The notes: a model not told the origin generated them from the sequence alone. DNA of 14,847 nucleotides from a bacterium (GCA_049970495.1 JBMFMV010000048.1:1-14847), one strand, 5' to 3'. Positions 1 through 7,853 are shown, counted from the first letter of the stretch. Translations and numbers: made by a program.

Positions 1-1188
1 GATGTTGCTCAAGAGGTTATAGTCGAAGAGAAAGACTGTGGGGATACTGAAGGGATATATATCTATCCTTTAAAAGAGGGAGAAATGATTATAGAGCCTC
101 TTTCTAAGAGGATCTTGTATAGGATCTCAGCAGAGGATGTCGTAGATCCTAATACTGGTGAGATTATAGTAAGGACTAACGAACCTATAGATGATGAAAA
201 AGCCAAAAAGATAGAATCTGCAGGGATTGAAAGGGTTAAAGTGTTCTCTGTTCTTACTTGCAAGTCTAAAAGAGGAGTATGTGCCAAGTGTTATGGTATC
301 AATCTAGCCACTAACAAACTGGTAGATGTAGGTGAGGCTGTTGGAGTTATAGCCGCTCAGTCGATAGGTGAACCAGGAACACAGCTGACCTTAAGGACAT
401 TCCATACTGGAGGGGTAGCGGTAGAAGATATAACTCAGGGTCTTCCTAGAGTAGAAGAATTGTTTGAAGCTAGGAAACCAAAGGGTCAGGCAGTTATGAG
501 TGAGGTTTCTGGGATAGTTAAGATAGAAGAAAATAAAGGAATTACTTATATCTATGTTATTGGCGAGGATAATGTGGAAAAGGCTAGATATCAGATCCCA
601 TACGGAGCAAAGATAAGGGTAGAGAATGGAGACAGAGTTATCCCTGGTACACCCCTTACTGAAGGTCCACTTAATCCGCATGAAATCTTGAGAATTAAAG
701 GTGTAGAAGAAGTAGAGAGATATCTAGTAGATGAGGTCAAGAAGGTTTATATCTCTCAGGGTGTTGATCTACATGATAAGCATATAGAGCTTATAATAAA
801 GAGAATGCTACAAAAGATAAGGGTAGATGATCCGGGAGATACCGACCTAATAATAGGTAATCTTATAGATATAAATGAGTTTGAAGAGCTCCAAGATTGG
901 GCTATTAGAAATAACCTTAGACCTCCAAGAGGTAAGAGGGTTCTACTTGGAATTACTAGAGCCTCACTTACTACTGATAGTTTCTTAGCTGCGGCATCTT
1001 TCCAAGAGACTACTAGAGTGCTGACAGAAGCAGCTATAAAGGGTAAGATAGATATCCTTTCTGGATTAAAGGAAAATGTTATTATAGGTAATCTCATACC
1101 AGCAGGAACAGGATTCCCTGCTTATAGAGACATTGAGGTAGAAAAAGTAGAAGAACCTATGGAAGAAGCTAGGTTTGAGGATTTTTAA
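1..1188 (+). CDS. rpoC: DNA-directed RNA polymerase beta' subunit, C-terminal part (5' truncated by the window)
   Basis: Frame 1 is open from base 1 (DVAQEVIVEEKDCGDTEG...), so the ATG at 85 is internal. Motifs: zinc-site cysteines (DC...TC...VCAKCYG), GEAVGVIAAQSIGEPGTQLT, trigger loop RTFHTGG...DITQGLPRVEELFEAR, SFLAAASFQETTRVLTEAA, GLKENVIIGNLIPAGTG. Confidence 0.99.
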   Translation, partial: DVAQEVIVEEKDCGDTEGIYIYPLKEGEMIIEPLSKRILYRISAEDVVDPNTGEIIVRTNEPIDDEKAKKIESAGIERVKVFSVLTCKSKRGVCAKCYGINLATNKLVDVGEAVGVIAAQSIGEPGTQLTLRTFHTGGVAVEDITQGLPRVEELFEARKPKGQAVMSEVSGIVKIEENKGITYIYVIGEDNVEKARYQIPYGAKIRVENGDRVIPGTPLTEGPLNPHEILRIKGVEEVERYLVDEVKKVYISQGVDLHDKHIELIIKRMLQKIRVDDPGDTDLIIGNLIDINEFEELQDWAIRNNLRPPRGKRVLLGITRASLTTDSFLAAASFQETTRVLTEAAIKGKIDILSGLKENVIIGNLIPAGTGFPAYRDIEVEKVEEPMEEARFEDF

Positions 1189-1216
1189 TTCAACTAGAAA
1201 GAAGGAGGATTAATTC

Positions 1217-1888
1217 ATGGCATTTATAAGTGAAAAAGATAAGAACTATTTGAAAGGTATTTTTGATGGAGAACTTTTGAACGATGTAAGGTTGTTATTT
1301 TTTACCCAGAAATCAGGACTTATTATTCCTGGAGTAGAGTGTGAGTATTGTAAAGAGACGGGAAATCTACTAAAAGAGCTATCTGAGACTTCTAGTAAGA
1401 TAAAACTAGAAGTTTATGATTTTATGACTGATGAAGAAAATGTAAAGAAGTATAACATAAAAAGGATCCCTGCCATTATTATAGCTGGAGAAGAGGACTA
1501 TGGTATAAGATTCTATGGGATTCCTTCTGGATATGAGTTTTCCTCTATTATAGAGACCATTATAGATGTTAGTAAGAAAGAGACTAAACTATCTAAAGAT
1601 ATAAAAGAAAGGCTAGCCAAGATCAATAAAGAGGTTAATGTCCAAGTATTTGTAACACCTACTTGTCCTTATTGCCCTAGGATGGTGCATACTGCCTACC
1701 AGTTTGCCTTAGAGAGTAAATATATCACTGCTGAAGGTATAGAGGTGATAGAATTTCCCCAGCTAGGAAACTATTATAATGTAAGTGGTGTCCCCAAAAC
1801 TGTTATAAACGACAAAGAAGAGATAATAGGAGCTGTTCCTGAAACGATTTTCCTGGAGAGTATAGAAAAAGCTATAAGTGAAGAATAG
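1217..1888 (+). CDS. Protein disulfide oxidoreductase (PDO; glutaredoxin-like, two thioredoxin folds, AhpF N-terminal-like)
   Basis: 223 aa with two CxxC sites (CEYC, CPYC) and the motifs GIRFYGIPSGYEFSS and VFVTPTCPYCP. SD GAAGGAGG at 1201-1208. Confidence 0.93.
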   Translation: MAFISEKDKNYLKGIFDGELLNDVRLLFFTQKSGLIIPGVECEYCKETGNLLKELSETSSKIKLEVYDFMTDEENVKKYNIKRIPAIIIAGEEDYGIRFYGIPSGYEFSSIIETIIDVSKKETKLSKDIKERLAKINKEVNVQVFVTPTCPYCPRMVHTAYQFALESKYITAEGIEVIEFPQLGNYYNVSGVPKTVINDKEEIIGAVPETIFLESIEKAISEE

Positions 1889-1894
1889 TTGATT

Positions 1895-1925
1895 GAGGGC
1901 TACCAAAGTCCTCTTGGTAGCCCTC
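1895..1925. terminator. Hairpin between convergent transcription units, probable bidirectional intrinsic terminator
   Basis: Perfect 12-bp stem GAGGGCTACCAA / TTGGTAGCCCTC with a 7-nt loop, between the PDO stop (1888) and the microprotein stop (1934). U-tracts are weak on both sides. Confidence 0.75.
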
Positions 1926-1933
1926 GTTGCTGT

Positions 1934-2056
1934 TTAAACATTTGCTGAAAATGTAGCGCCACAGTTTTTACACTCCCACTTAGATGGATCTCCTTTTTTA
2001 GGAAGTATCTTTGTGCTACCACACTTAGGACATCTTGCTGGGGCCTTTTTACCCAT
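1934..2056 (-). CDS. 40-aa CPxCG-type zinc-ribbon microprotein, MGKKAPARCPKCGSTKILPKKGDPSKWECKNCGATFSANV (not in the ORF track)
   Basis: Translated by hand. Two CxxC knuckles (CPKCG and WECKNCG). SD AGGTGA (2062-2067) overlaps the rpe stop codon, 5 nt before the ATG. The ORF fills the gap between rpe and the terminator. Confidence 0.85.
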   Translation of the reverse strand: MGKKAPARCPKCGSTKILPKKGDPSKWECKNCGATFSANV

Positions 2057-2065
2057 ATATCTCAC

Positions 2066-2761
2066 CTACCTTTTTACTGGGATAGACCTTGAGGCATTTG
2101 TTTTGCCTCTGTTCAATATATCGTTCAACTCAGATAACCTAGATTTCCTATCTTTACTTCTAGTTATGGCAGAACCTATAACTAGCATATCTACACCAAG
2201 ATCCAATAATTCTTCTATATTTTCTCCATTTATACCGCCATCTACTTCTATGAGAGGTAAGACGTCTAAGTTTTTACAAAGCTCTCTTAATTTTCTTAAT
2301 CTCTTGAATGTATTCTCAATAAATTTTTGTCCTCCAAACCCGGGGTTTACACTCATTATTAATACTAAGTCTATCTCTTCTATTATGTCTTCTAGAGATG
2401 ATACAGGGGTACCAGGGTTTAGAGCAATTCCTGCTTTACATCCTAAGGACTTTATGTAAGAAATAACCCTATGAACATGGTATGTTGCTTCTAGATGTAC
2501 CGTTATTAGGTGTGCTCCTGCGTTTGCAAATAGATCTATAAAATCTTCTGGAGGAGTTACCATAAGGTGAACATCTAACAGAAAATCACTATTTTCCCTA
2601 ATTGATTCTACAATTTGTGGTCCAAAGCTCAAGTTTGGTACAAAATGACCATCCATTATATCTATATGAAGCCATTCTATCCCAAAGGCCTTAAATTCTT
2701 CTAATAAATCTCTTATCTCTAGTATATCTGCGGAGAGGAGAGATGGAACTATTTTTGCCAT
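2066..2761 (-). CDS. rpe: Ribulose-phosphate 3-epimerase
   Basis: Motifs PSLLSAD, HIDIMDGHFVPNLSFG, DVHLMV, LIMSVNPGFGGQKF, IEVDGGIN. SD GGAGG lies within the end of murI. Confidence 0.97.
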   Translation of the reverse strand: MAKIVPSLLSADILEIRDLLEEFKAFGIEWLHIDIMDGHFVPNLSFGPQIVESIRENSDFLLDVHLMVTPPEDFIDLFANAGAHLITVHLEATYHVHRVISYIKSLGCKAGIALNPGTPVSSLEDIIEEIDLVLIMSVNPGFGGQKFIENTFKRLRKLRELCKNLDVLPLIEVDGGINGENIEELLDLGVDMLVIGSAITRSKDRKSRLSELNDILNRGKTNASRSIPVKR

Positions 2762-3576
2762 ATTTTAACCTCTCCCTCTTCTCTAAGGTTTATATGTTTT
2801 ACTTTAATAGGTCTATTAAGAAAAATAGTAGCCTTTTCTCTGAATTCATATGCATCTCCCGTAGTAAAAAACTCTATCTCACCTGAACCTTCTCTTGTCA
2901 AGCCTATATTCTTTAATTCTGATAACAAGCTTTCTACTGCATACACGGCTGGATCTATAATCTCTACATCCCTTTTATTCTTCTCTAATAGAATACTACT
3001 AATTTCTCTTAAATACAAGGGATAATGACTACATCCTAGAATAAGTACATCGATATAGGCTTCTATAAGTGGTTTCAGATACACCTCTAAGGCTTTAAGT
3101 AAGACCTCCTTTTTTACTCTGTTTTCTATAAAAGGTACCAATAATGGGGCAGATTTTTCTATAACTTGAATATTCGGATTATGTCTCTTAATGGCTAGAG
3201 TGTATGCTAGAGAAGATACAGTAGCTCTAGTAGCCAAAACTCCTATCCTTTTAACATCTCCTCTTTGAGATAATCTTTCTGCTGTAGGTTCTATAAGACC
3301 AACTATAGGAAGTGATATGGTATTTTTTATATAATTAAGAGCTAAGGCAGAACTTGTATTACATGCTACTAGGATAGCTTTTACATGCATTTTTTCTAGA
3401 AAGGATATTATCTGTTTCATATAGCTTAAGATCTCTTGAATAGACCTATTACCATAGGGCATATGAATTGTATCTGCTACATATACTATATCCTCATATG
3501 GCATAATTTTAATAAGCTCTTTTAATACAGTAAGTCCTCCTAAACCTGAGTCAAAAATGCCTATTGGTCCATTCAT
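2749..3576 (-). CDS. murI: Glutamate racemase
   Basis: Motifs IGIFDSGLGGLTV and PYG, with catalytic cysteines in ACNT and LGCSHYP. Overlaps rpe by 13 nt and the amidase by 4 nt (ATGA). Confidence 0.97.
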   Translation of the reverse strand: MNGPIGIFDSGLGGLTVLKELIKIMPYEDIVYVADTIHMPYGNRSIQEILSYMKQIISFLEKMHVKAILVACNTSSALALNYIKNTISLPIVGLIEPTAERLSQRGDVKRIGVLATRATVSSLAYTLAIKRHNPNIQVIEKSAPLLVPFIENRVKKEVLLKALEVYLKPLIEAYIDVLILGCSHYPLYLREISSILLEKNKRDVEIIDPAVYAVESLLSELKNIGLTREGSGEIEFFTTGDAYEFREKATIFLNRPIKVKHINLREEGEVKIWQK

Positions 3577-4874
3577 TTTCTCTTCTCCAAATATCCTAAT
3601 ATGCCTGTTACTATGCCACCAGCAATCTTTCTCCTATATAATGGGTCCATAAGCAGTTTTTCTTCTATAGGATTTGATATAAACAGAGCTTCTACTAAAA
3701 TAGCAGGTATATTTGTATTTTTTAGAAGAAAGAATTCCGCCTTCTTAACTCCTCTATTATATCTGCCTGTTACATCAACTAACGAGTTACAGACTGCTTC
3801 AGCAAAGGTTTTGTCTTCATCTCTGTAATAAAAGACCTCTATCCCACCAGGAATAGATGAATAGGCTGAATTACAATGTACACTTACTAACACTGCAGAA
3901 GCATGGTTATTTACAATTATAACCCTAGCATTTAACTCATCTTTTGAATTTTTAGGGTTTTGTGATACATTATAATCTCCATCCCTAGTTAAGAGCACCT
4001 GATATCCTGCGGATTCTAATAGACCCTTCATATATAATACAACATCTAGTGTTACATCCTTCTCTTTTAACCCACTAGGACCAATAGCTCCAGGGTCGCT
4101 TCCTCCATGCCCTGGATCTAAAATAATAATGGGCTTAGTAACAACTTTTTCCATCTGCACTATAGGTATATTGATCTGAATAGTTCCCAACTCTTCTAAC
4201 TCCTCTACTGACCATTCGCCTTTGATTCCATTTTTTACAACTATCCTTACTGATGGCGGATATATACTAAACTGACTTATCTTTATCTCAGGTGAAGAGA
4301 TAGAACTTAGGTAATTATCATACATAAGCGTCATATTAGGGAAATCTATAACTACTCTGTCTGGGTTGGTTAAATAGAAGATATCAGGCTTTAACTGGTT
4401 TTTATGAGTAGATAAAAATTTAAGGGATAACTTGTCTGGATTATTAGCTATGCTAATCTCTTTCAGCCTAGGAGGAAAGACTATACTGATACCGTATTCC
4501 TCTCGTTTTATTTCTCTATACCTTATAGGTCCGCTAAGATCAAAGACAATCCTTACCTTATCTTCACTTTGTGATGCTATCCTGATTTTTTCTATTCCAT
4601 CAATATTTATGGGTATCTCTATTTTATTTAGACTAGCCTTAACAGGATATATGTCTATAAAAAATCTATAAGGGTTTTGAAGATACGAATAGTTGAATTC
4701 AAAATTACTAGAGATTATTATCTTGAATATATCTTCATTTTCTAGCTGTTCCCAGGATATACTCTCTATCGGTGGATAAGATAGGGGATAGCGATTTTCT
4801 GCGCTATATACAAAAGGTACTATAAATAAGAAACTAAAAATAACATAAAAGTATATCTTTATCTCGTTTTTCAT
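3573..4874 (-). CDS. N-acetylmuramoyl-L-alanine amidase (signal peptide, two AMIN-like domains, Amidase_3 domain; AmiC-like)
   Basis: Hydrophobic N-terminus ending VYSA. AMIN-like repeats LQNPYRFFIDI...IRIASQ...VRIVFDL and LTNPDRVVIDF...ISQF...VRIVV. Zinc-amidase motifs ILDPGHGG, EKDVTL, SVHCN and PAILVE. Confidence 0.93.
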   Translation of the reverse strand: MKNEIKIYFYVIFSFLFIVPFVYSAENRYPLSYPPIESISWEQLENEDIFKIIISSNFEFNYSYLQNPYRFFIDIYPVKASLNKIEIPINIDGIEKIRIASQSEDKVRIVFDLSGPIRYREIKREEYGISIVFPPRLKEISIANNPDKLSLKFLSTHKNQLKPDIFYLTNPDRVVIDFPNMTLMYDNYLSSISSPEIKISQFSIYPPSVRIVVKNGIKGEWSVEELEELGTIQINIPIVQMEKVVTKPIIILDPGHGGSDPGAIGPSGLKEKDVTLDVVLYMKGLLESAGYQVLLTRDGDYNVSQNPKNSKDELNARVIIVNNHASAVLVSVHCNSAYSSIPGGIEVFYYRDEDKTFAEAVCNSLVDVTGRYNRGVKKAEFFLLKNTNIPAILVEALFISNPIEEKLLMDPLYRRKIAGGIVTGILGYLEKRK

Positions 4875-4884
4875 ATAATAATTT

Positions 4885-5237
4885 TGGTGGAGGCGGCGGG
4901 AATCGAACCCGCGTCCGAGAATGAGAAGCCAAAAGGCCCCTACAGGATTAGCCTCTGTTTATCTTTCCTTCTATAGTACCCCAGAGGCAGGGCTATAGAA
5001 GTAAGCTCACCTTTACTTTCCCTCTTCTCTTGTGAGCACCGGAGAAGAGGTTAGCCTGCTAAGGTCAGGCCATTTCCTACCTCGCAGGCTAAGGCAGGAA
5101 TGACCTCTGCCTATCTAATTAGGCAGCTAATGCTAACTGATTGTCAGCAGTTATTTTTTTACCGCATTTTTACGAGCCTGCGGCGACTCGTCCTGCTCCT
5201 TCTGACCTCTCCATCCCCGTCGAATCCTTACGCCCCC
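4885..5237 (-). ncRNA. ssrA: tmRNA (353 nt, one-piece), encoded tag (A)ADNQLALAA
   Basis: 5' end GGGGGCGUAAGGAUUCGAC and 3' end GGACGCGGGUUCGAUUCCCGCCGCCUCCACCA. Acceptor stem GGGGGCG/CGCCUCC has the G3-U alanine determinant and an encoded CCA. AUAACU precedes resume codon GCU. The tag ORF at 5148-5119 ends LALAA-stop. Adjacent to smpB. Confidence 0.97.
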
Positions 5238-5692
5238 TTATATTCTTTTAAAGTCCTTTCTAACTCTCTTGCCTTTTCTTTTTCTATAAGTAGTTTCTTT
5301 TTATCTACAAGCTTTCTACCCTTAGCTAAAGCTATCTCTAGCTTAGCTCTTCCTCTTTTAAAATAAACCTTTAACGGTATTATTGAGTACCCTCTTATTT
5401 GGCTCCTACCAGCTAAATATTCTATCTCTTCTTTGTGGAGGAGGAGTTTTCTTGTCCTATCCGGGTCTAGATTATATCTACCACCTTCTTTATAAGGTGG
5501 TATATGCATATTTATTATCCAAGCTTCTCCATCTCTTATCTGTATATAACTGTCACGTAGATTACAACTTCCTCTTCTAAGACTCTTTACTTCAGTCCCG
5601 GATAGAACTATACCGGCTTCTAAGGTCTCTTCTATATCATAATCATGATAAGCTCTTCTATTAACAGTTACTACCTTCTCCTCCTCTTTCAA
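5228..5692 (-). CDS. smpB: SsrA-binding protein SmpB
   Basis: Motifs NRRAYHDY, EAGIVLSGTEVKSLR, RTRKLLLHKEEI and LAKGRKLVDKK. The TTG start 2 nt after the rpmE stop is less certain. The last 10 nt overlap the mature tmRNA. Confidence 0.97.
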   Translation of the reverse strand: MKEEEKVVTVNRRAYHDYDIEETLEAGIVLSGTEVKSLRRGSCNLRDSYIQIRDGEAWIINMHIPPYKEGGRYNLDPDRTRKLLLHKEEIEYLAGRSQIRGYSIIPLKVYFKRGRAKLEIALAKGRKLVDKKKLLIEKEKARELERTLKEYKGA

Positions 5693-5694
5693 AA

Positions 5695-5907
5695 CTACTC
5701 GTTCTCCTTCAGGTTAAATTTCCTTCTAAACTTCTCAACTCTTCCTTCGGTATCAACTATTTTTTGTTGCCCTGTAAAGAATGGATGGCACTTAGAGCAT
5801 GATTCTACTCTTAGCTCTTTCTTAGTAGAGCCTGTTATAAAGGTATTACCACAGGCACATATAACCACTGCATCTGTATAGTATGTTGGGTGTATATCTT
5901 TCTTCAT
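5695..5907 (-). CDS. rpmE: 50S ribosomal protein bL31, zinc-binding (C+) type
   Basis: Motifs [21 protein letters not shown] and GRVEKF. SD AAGGAGG. Confidence 0.98.
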   Translation of the reverse strand: MKKDIHPTYYTDAVVICACGNTFITGSTKKELRVESCSKCHPFFTGQQKIVDTEGRVEKFRRKFNLKENE

Positions 5908-5948
5908 CTGGTCTCTTCCTCCTTAAACTTGATTCTATCTACAATAAT

Positions 5949-5957
5949 ATTATACCA
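5949..5957 (-). promoter_or_regulatory. Extended -10 promoter (TGgTATAAT) upstream of rpmE
   Basis: Perfect TGnTATAAT about 40 nt upstream of the rpmE ATG. No good -35 at 17 bp. Confidence 0.6.
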
Positions 5958-5982
5958 TAATCTTCAAGGTAATGATTGTGTT

Positions 5983-7086
5983 TTATTGAATAATGTACTT
6001 TCTTTTTATCCTTCCCTTTAAGTTTGTAATTATACTGTATGGGATTACTCCACATCTTTTTGCTATCTCTTCAACTCGAATACTCTTTTTCTCTTGGGTC
6101 CCTATTAATATCACTTCATCTTCGATTTTTGCCTCAGGTATATTAGTTAGGTCTACTATAGTATAGTCCATACAGATACGTCCTATAATAGGAGCCTTCT
6201 TACCTCTTATTAGAACATATCCATTATTCGAGAGTTGAAAAGGAATTCCGTCCCCATATCCTATTGGTACTATCCCTATCCTCATAGGTTTCTCTGAGAT
6301 AAAGGTCCTCTCATACCCTACTGACCAATTATTAGGTATCTCCCTAATTGAGAGTAGCTTAGATTTTAGGCTCATAACTGGCAGTAGTTCTATAGGAGGT
6401 TCCGTATCTACAGGATTGATCCCATATATAGCTATTCCTATCCTTACCATATCCATGGTTGTGTAAGGATGATACAATACTGCTGGACTATTAGCTATAT
6501 GTCTAATGGAAAAGAATATTTTCCTTCTTTCTAATATAGATATTAACTCTAGGAATCTTCTAAACTGTAGGTCTACATACTCTTTGTCTGTTCCTGCGGT
6601 ACTAAAATGACTGAATATGCCTTCCAGCTTTAAATTACTAAGGTTTAGCATCTCATCGATAACTTTTAATAGTTCTTCGGGTAAAAAGCCAAATCTACCC
6701 ATTCCGGTATCTACTTTTATATGTACAGGTATCTCTTTATCTTCTTTTGCCCCTTCTTTAGAAATTAATTTTGCAATATTTAAATTTGATACAGATGGAA
6801 TTATATCGAAATGAATGATATCTTTTATATCATCTGGAAATATATCTCCCATTATAAGGATAGGTTTCTTTATATTAAGTTCTCTTAATATAATCCCCTC
6901 TTCTACATTAGCTACGCCAAACCCATCCACATTATCAAGATGTGAAGCTATACCTTTAAGTCCATGGCCGTATGCATCTGCCTTTACTACCGCTATAAAT
7001 TTAACATAAGGACCTATATACCCCTTTAATACCTCTATATTTCTCTTAAGATTATTAATATTAATTTCAATTACATTTGTTTCCAT
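5983..7086 (-). CDS. alr: Alanine racemase
   Basis: PLP lysine motif AVVKADAYGHG, plus HIKVDTGMGRFG, SHFS, HIANS, VRIGIAIYG, VGY, GYGDG and GRICMD. Confidence 0.98.
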   Translation of the reverse strand: METNVIEININNLKRNIEVLKGYIGPYVKFIAVVKADAYGHGLKGIASHLDNVDGFGVANVEEGIILRELNIKKPILIMGDIFPDDIKDIIHFDIIPSVSNLNIAKLISKEGAKEDKEIPVHIKVDTGMGRFGFLPEELLKVIDEMLNLSNLKLEGIFSHFSTAGTDKEYVDLQFRRFLELISILERRKIFFSIRHIANSPAVLYHPYTTMDMVRIGIAIYGINPVDTEPPIELLPVMSLKSKLLSIREIPNNWSVGYERTFISEKPMRIGIVPIGYGDGIPFQLSNNGYVLIRGKKAPIIGRICMDYTIVDLTNIPEAKIEDEVILIGTQEKKSIRVEEIAKRCGVIPYSIITNLKGRIKRKYIIQ

Positions 7087-7092
7087 ACAAAT

Positions 7093-7121
7093 AGTATATT
7101 ACATATAGTACCTTAAGTAAA
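7093..7121 (-). promoter_or_regulatory. Putative sigma70 promoter for alr, predicting a leaderless transcript
   Basis: TTTACT (7121-7116), 17 bp, TATACT (7098-7093), 6 bp, ATG. No SD next to the start codon. Confidence 0.5.
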
Positions 7122-7162
7122 CTAAGCTGATTTCCGGTTTACTTTCAAATATTTTAATAATG

Positions 7163-7171
7163 TGATAAAAT
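7163..7171 (+). promoter_or_regulatory. Putative extended -10 (TGaTAAAAT) for the corrinoid protein gene
   Basis: TGATAAAAT about 32 nt upstream of the ATG, with weak -35-like TTTCAA/TTCAAA at 7143-7149. The AT-rich context makes chance matches possible. Confidence 0.4.
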
Positions 7172-7203
7172 TATGTGAAAATACTCCTTGGAGGTGTTAA
7201 TAG

Positions 7204-7842
7204 ATGGTAAATTTACAGGAAATTTCAGAGGCTTTAATTGTAGGAAATGTCAAAAAGGTTAGAGAGCTTGTTGAGCAAGCATTGAAAGAGGGTGTGTCTC
7301 CAAAAGAGATCCTAGATAAGGCATTAGTGCCCGGAATGAACGTAGTGGGCGAAAAGTTTAAAAACAACGAGTACTATGTGCCAGAGGTCCTTATAGCAGC
7401 AAGGGCTATGCATGCAGGGATGGATCTTATAAAACCACTCTTAACTCAAACGGGTGCTGCCTATGTTGGCAAGGTTGTCATAGGAACAGTAAGAGGGGAC
7501 CTTCACGATATTGGGAAAAATCTAGTAGCCATGATGTTAGAAGGCGCTGGGTTCCAGATAATAGACCTTGGGGTGGATGTGCCTCCAGAGAAGTTTGTAG
7601 AAGTTGCTAAGAATGAGAATGTTGACATAGTAGCGATGTCTGCACTATTAACTACTACGATGCTTGCTATGAAAGATACAATAAATGCCTTAAAGGAGGC
7701 AGGAATAAGAGACAGGGTTAAGATTATGATAGGAGGAGCACCAGTTACTCAGAGATATGCTGATGAGATAGGTGCAGATGGATATGCTCCAGATGCAGCG
7801 ACTGCAGTAGAAAAGGCAAGAGAACTACTAGGCCTAAATTAG
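7204..7842 (+). CDS. Cobalamin-binding corrinoid protein (MttC/MtbC/MtaC-like; B12 cap plus B12-binding domain)
   Basis: Cap domain (GMNVVGEKF...YVPEVLIAARAM) followed by DxHxxG motif GDLHDIGKNLV, MSALLTTT and IMIGGAPVT. SD GGAGGTG. Confidence 0.95.
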   Translation: MVNLQEISEALIVGNVKKVRELVEQALKEGVSPKEILDKALVPGMNVVGEKFKNNEYYVPEVLIAARAMHAGMDLIKPLLTQTGAAYVGKVVIGTVRGDLHDIGKNLVAMMLEGAGFQIIDLGVDVPPEKFVEVAKNENVDIVAMSALLTTTMLAMKDTINALKEAGIRDRVKIMIGGAPVTQRYADEIGADGYAPDAATAVEKARELLGLN

Positions 7843-7853
7843 TATAATAATTA

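Noticed and set aside
63..1097. Minus-strand ORFs 63-287, 391-681 and 756-1097
   Set aside because: Antisense shadows of rpoC with no recognisable motifs.
3018..3040. MurI second catalytic motif reads GCSHY rather than GCTHY
   Set aside because: Conservative substitution with both catalytic cysteines intact, so no reason to infer a changed function.
4885..4920. tRNA-like 3' end as a separate tRNA gene or as an attachment site of an integrated element
   Set aside because: It pairs with the 5' end at 5237 and encloses a tag ORF, so it is tmRNA. No integrase or duplicated ssrA 3' fragment was seen, and the site appears unoccupied.
2013..7009. Plus-strand ORFs 2013-2459, 3601-3828, 4432-4671, 5100-5366, 5383-5580, 5645-5881, 6617-6814 and 6815-7009
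   Set aside because: Antisense to well-supported genes or tmRNA. Ser/Ile/Phe-rich composition is typical of reverse-frame artefacts.
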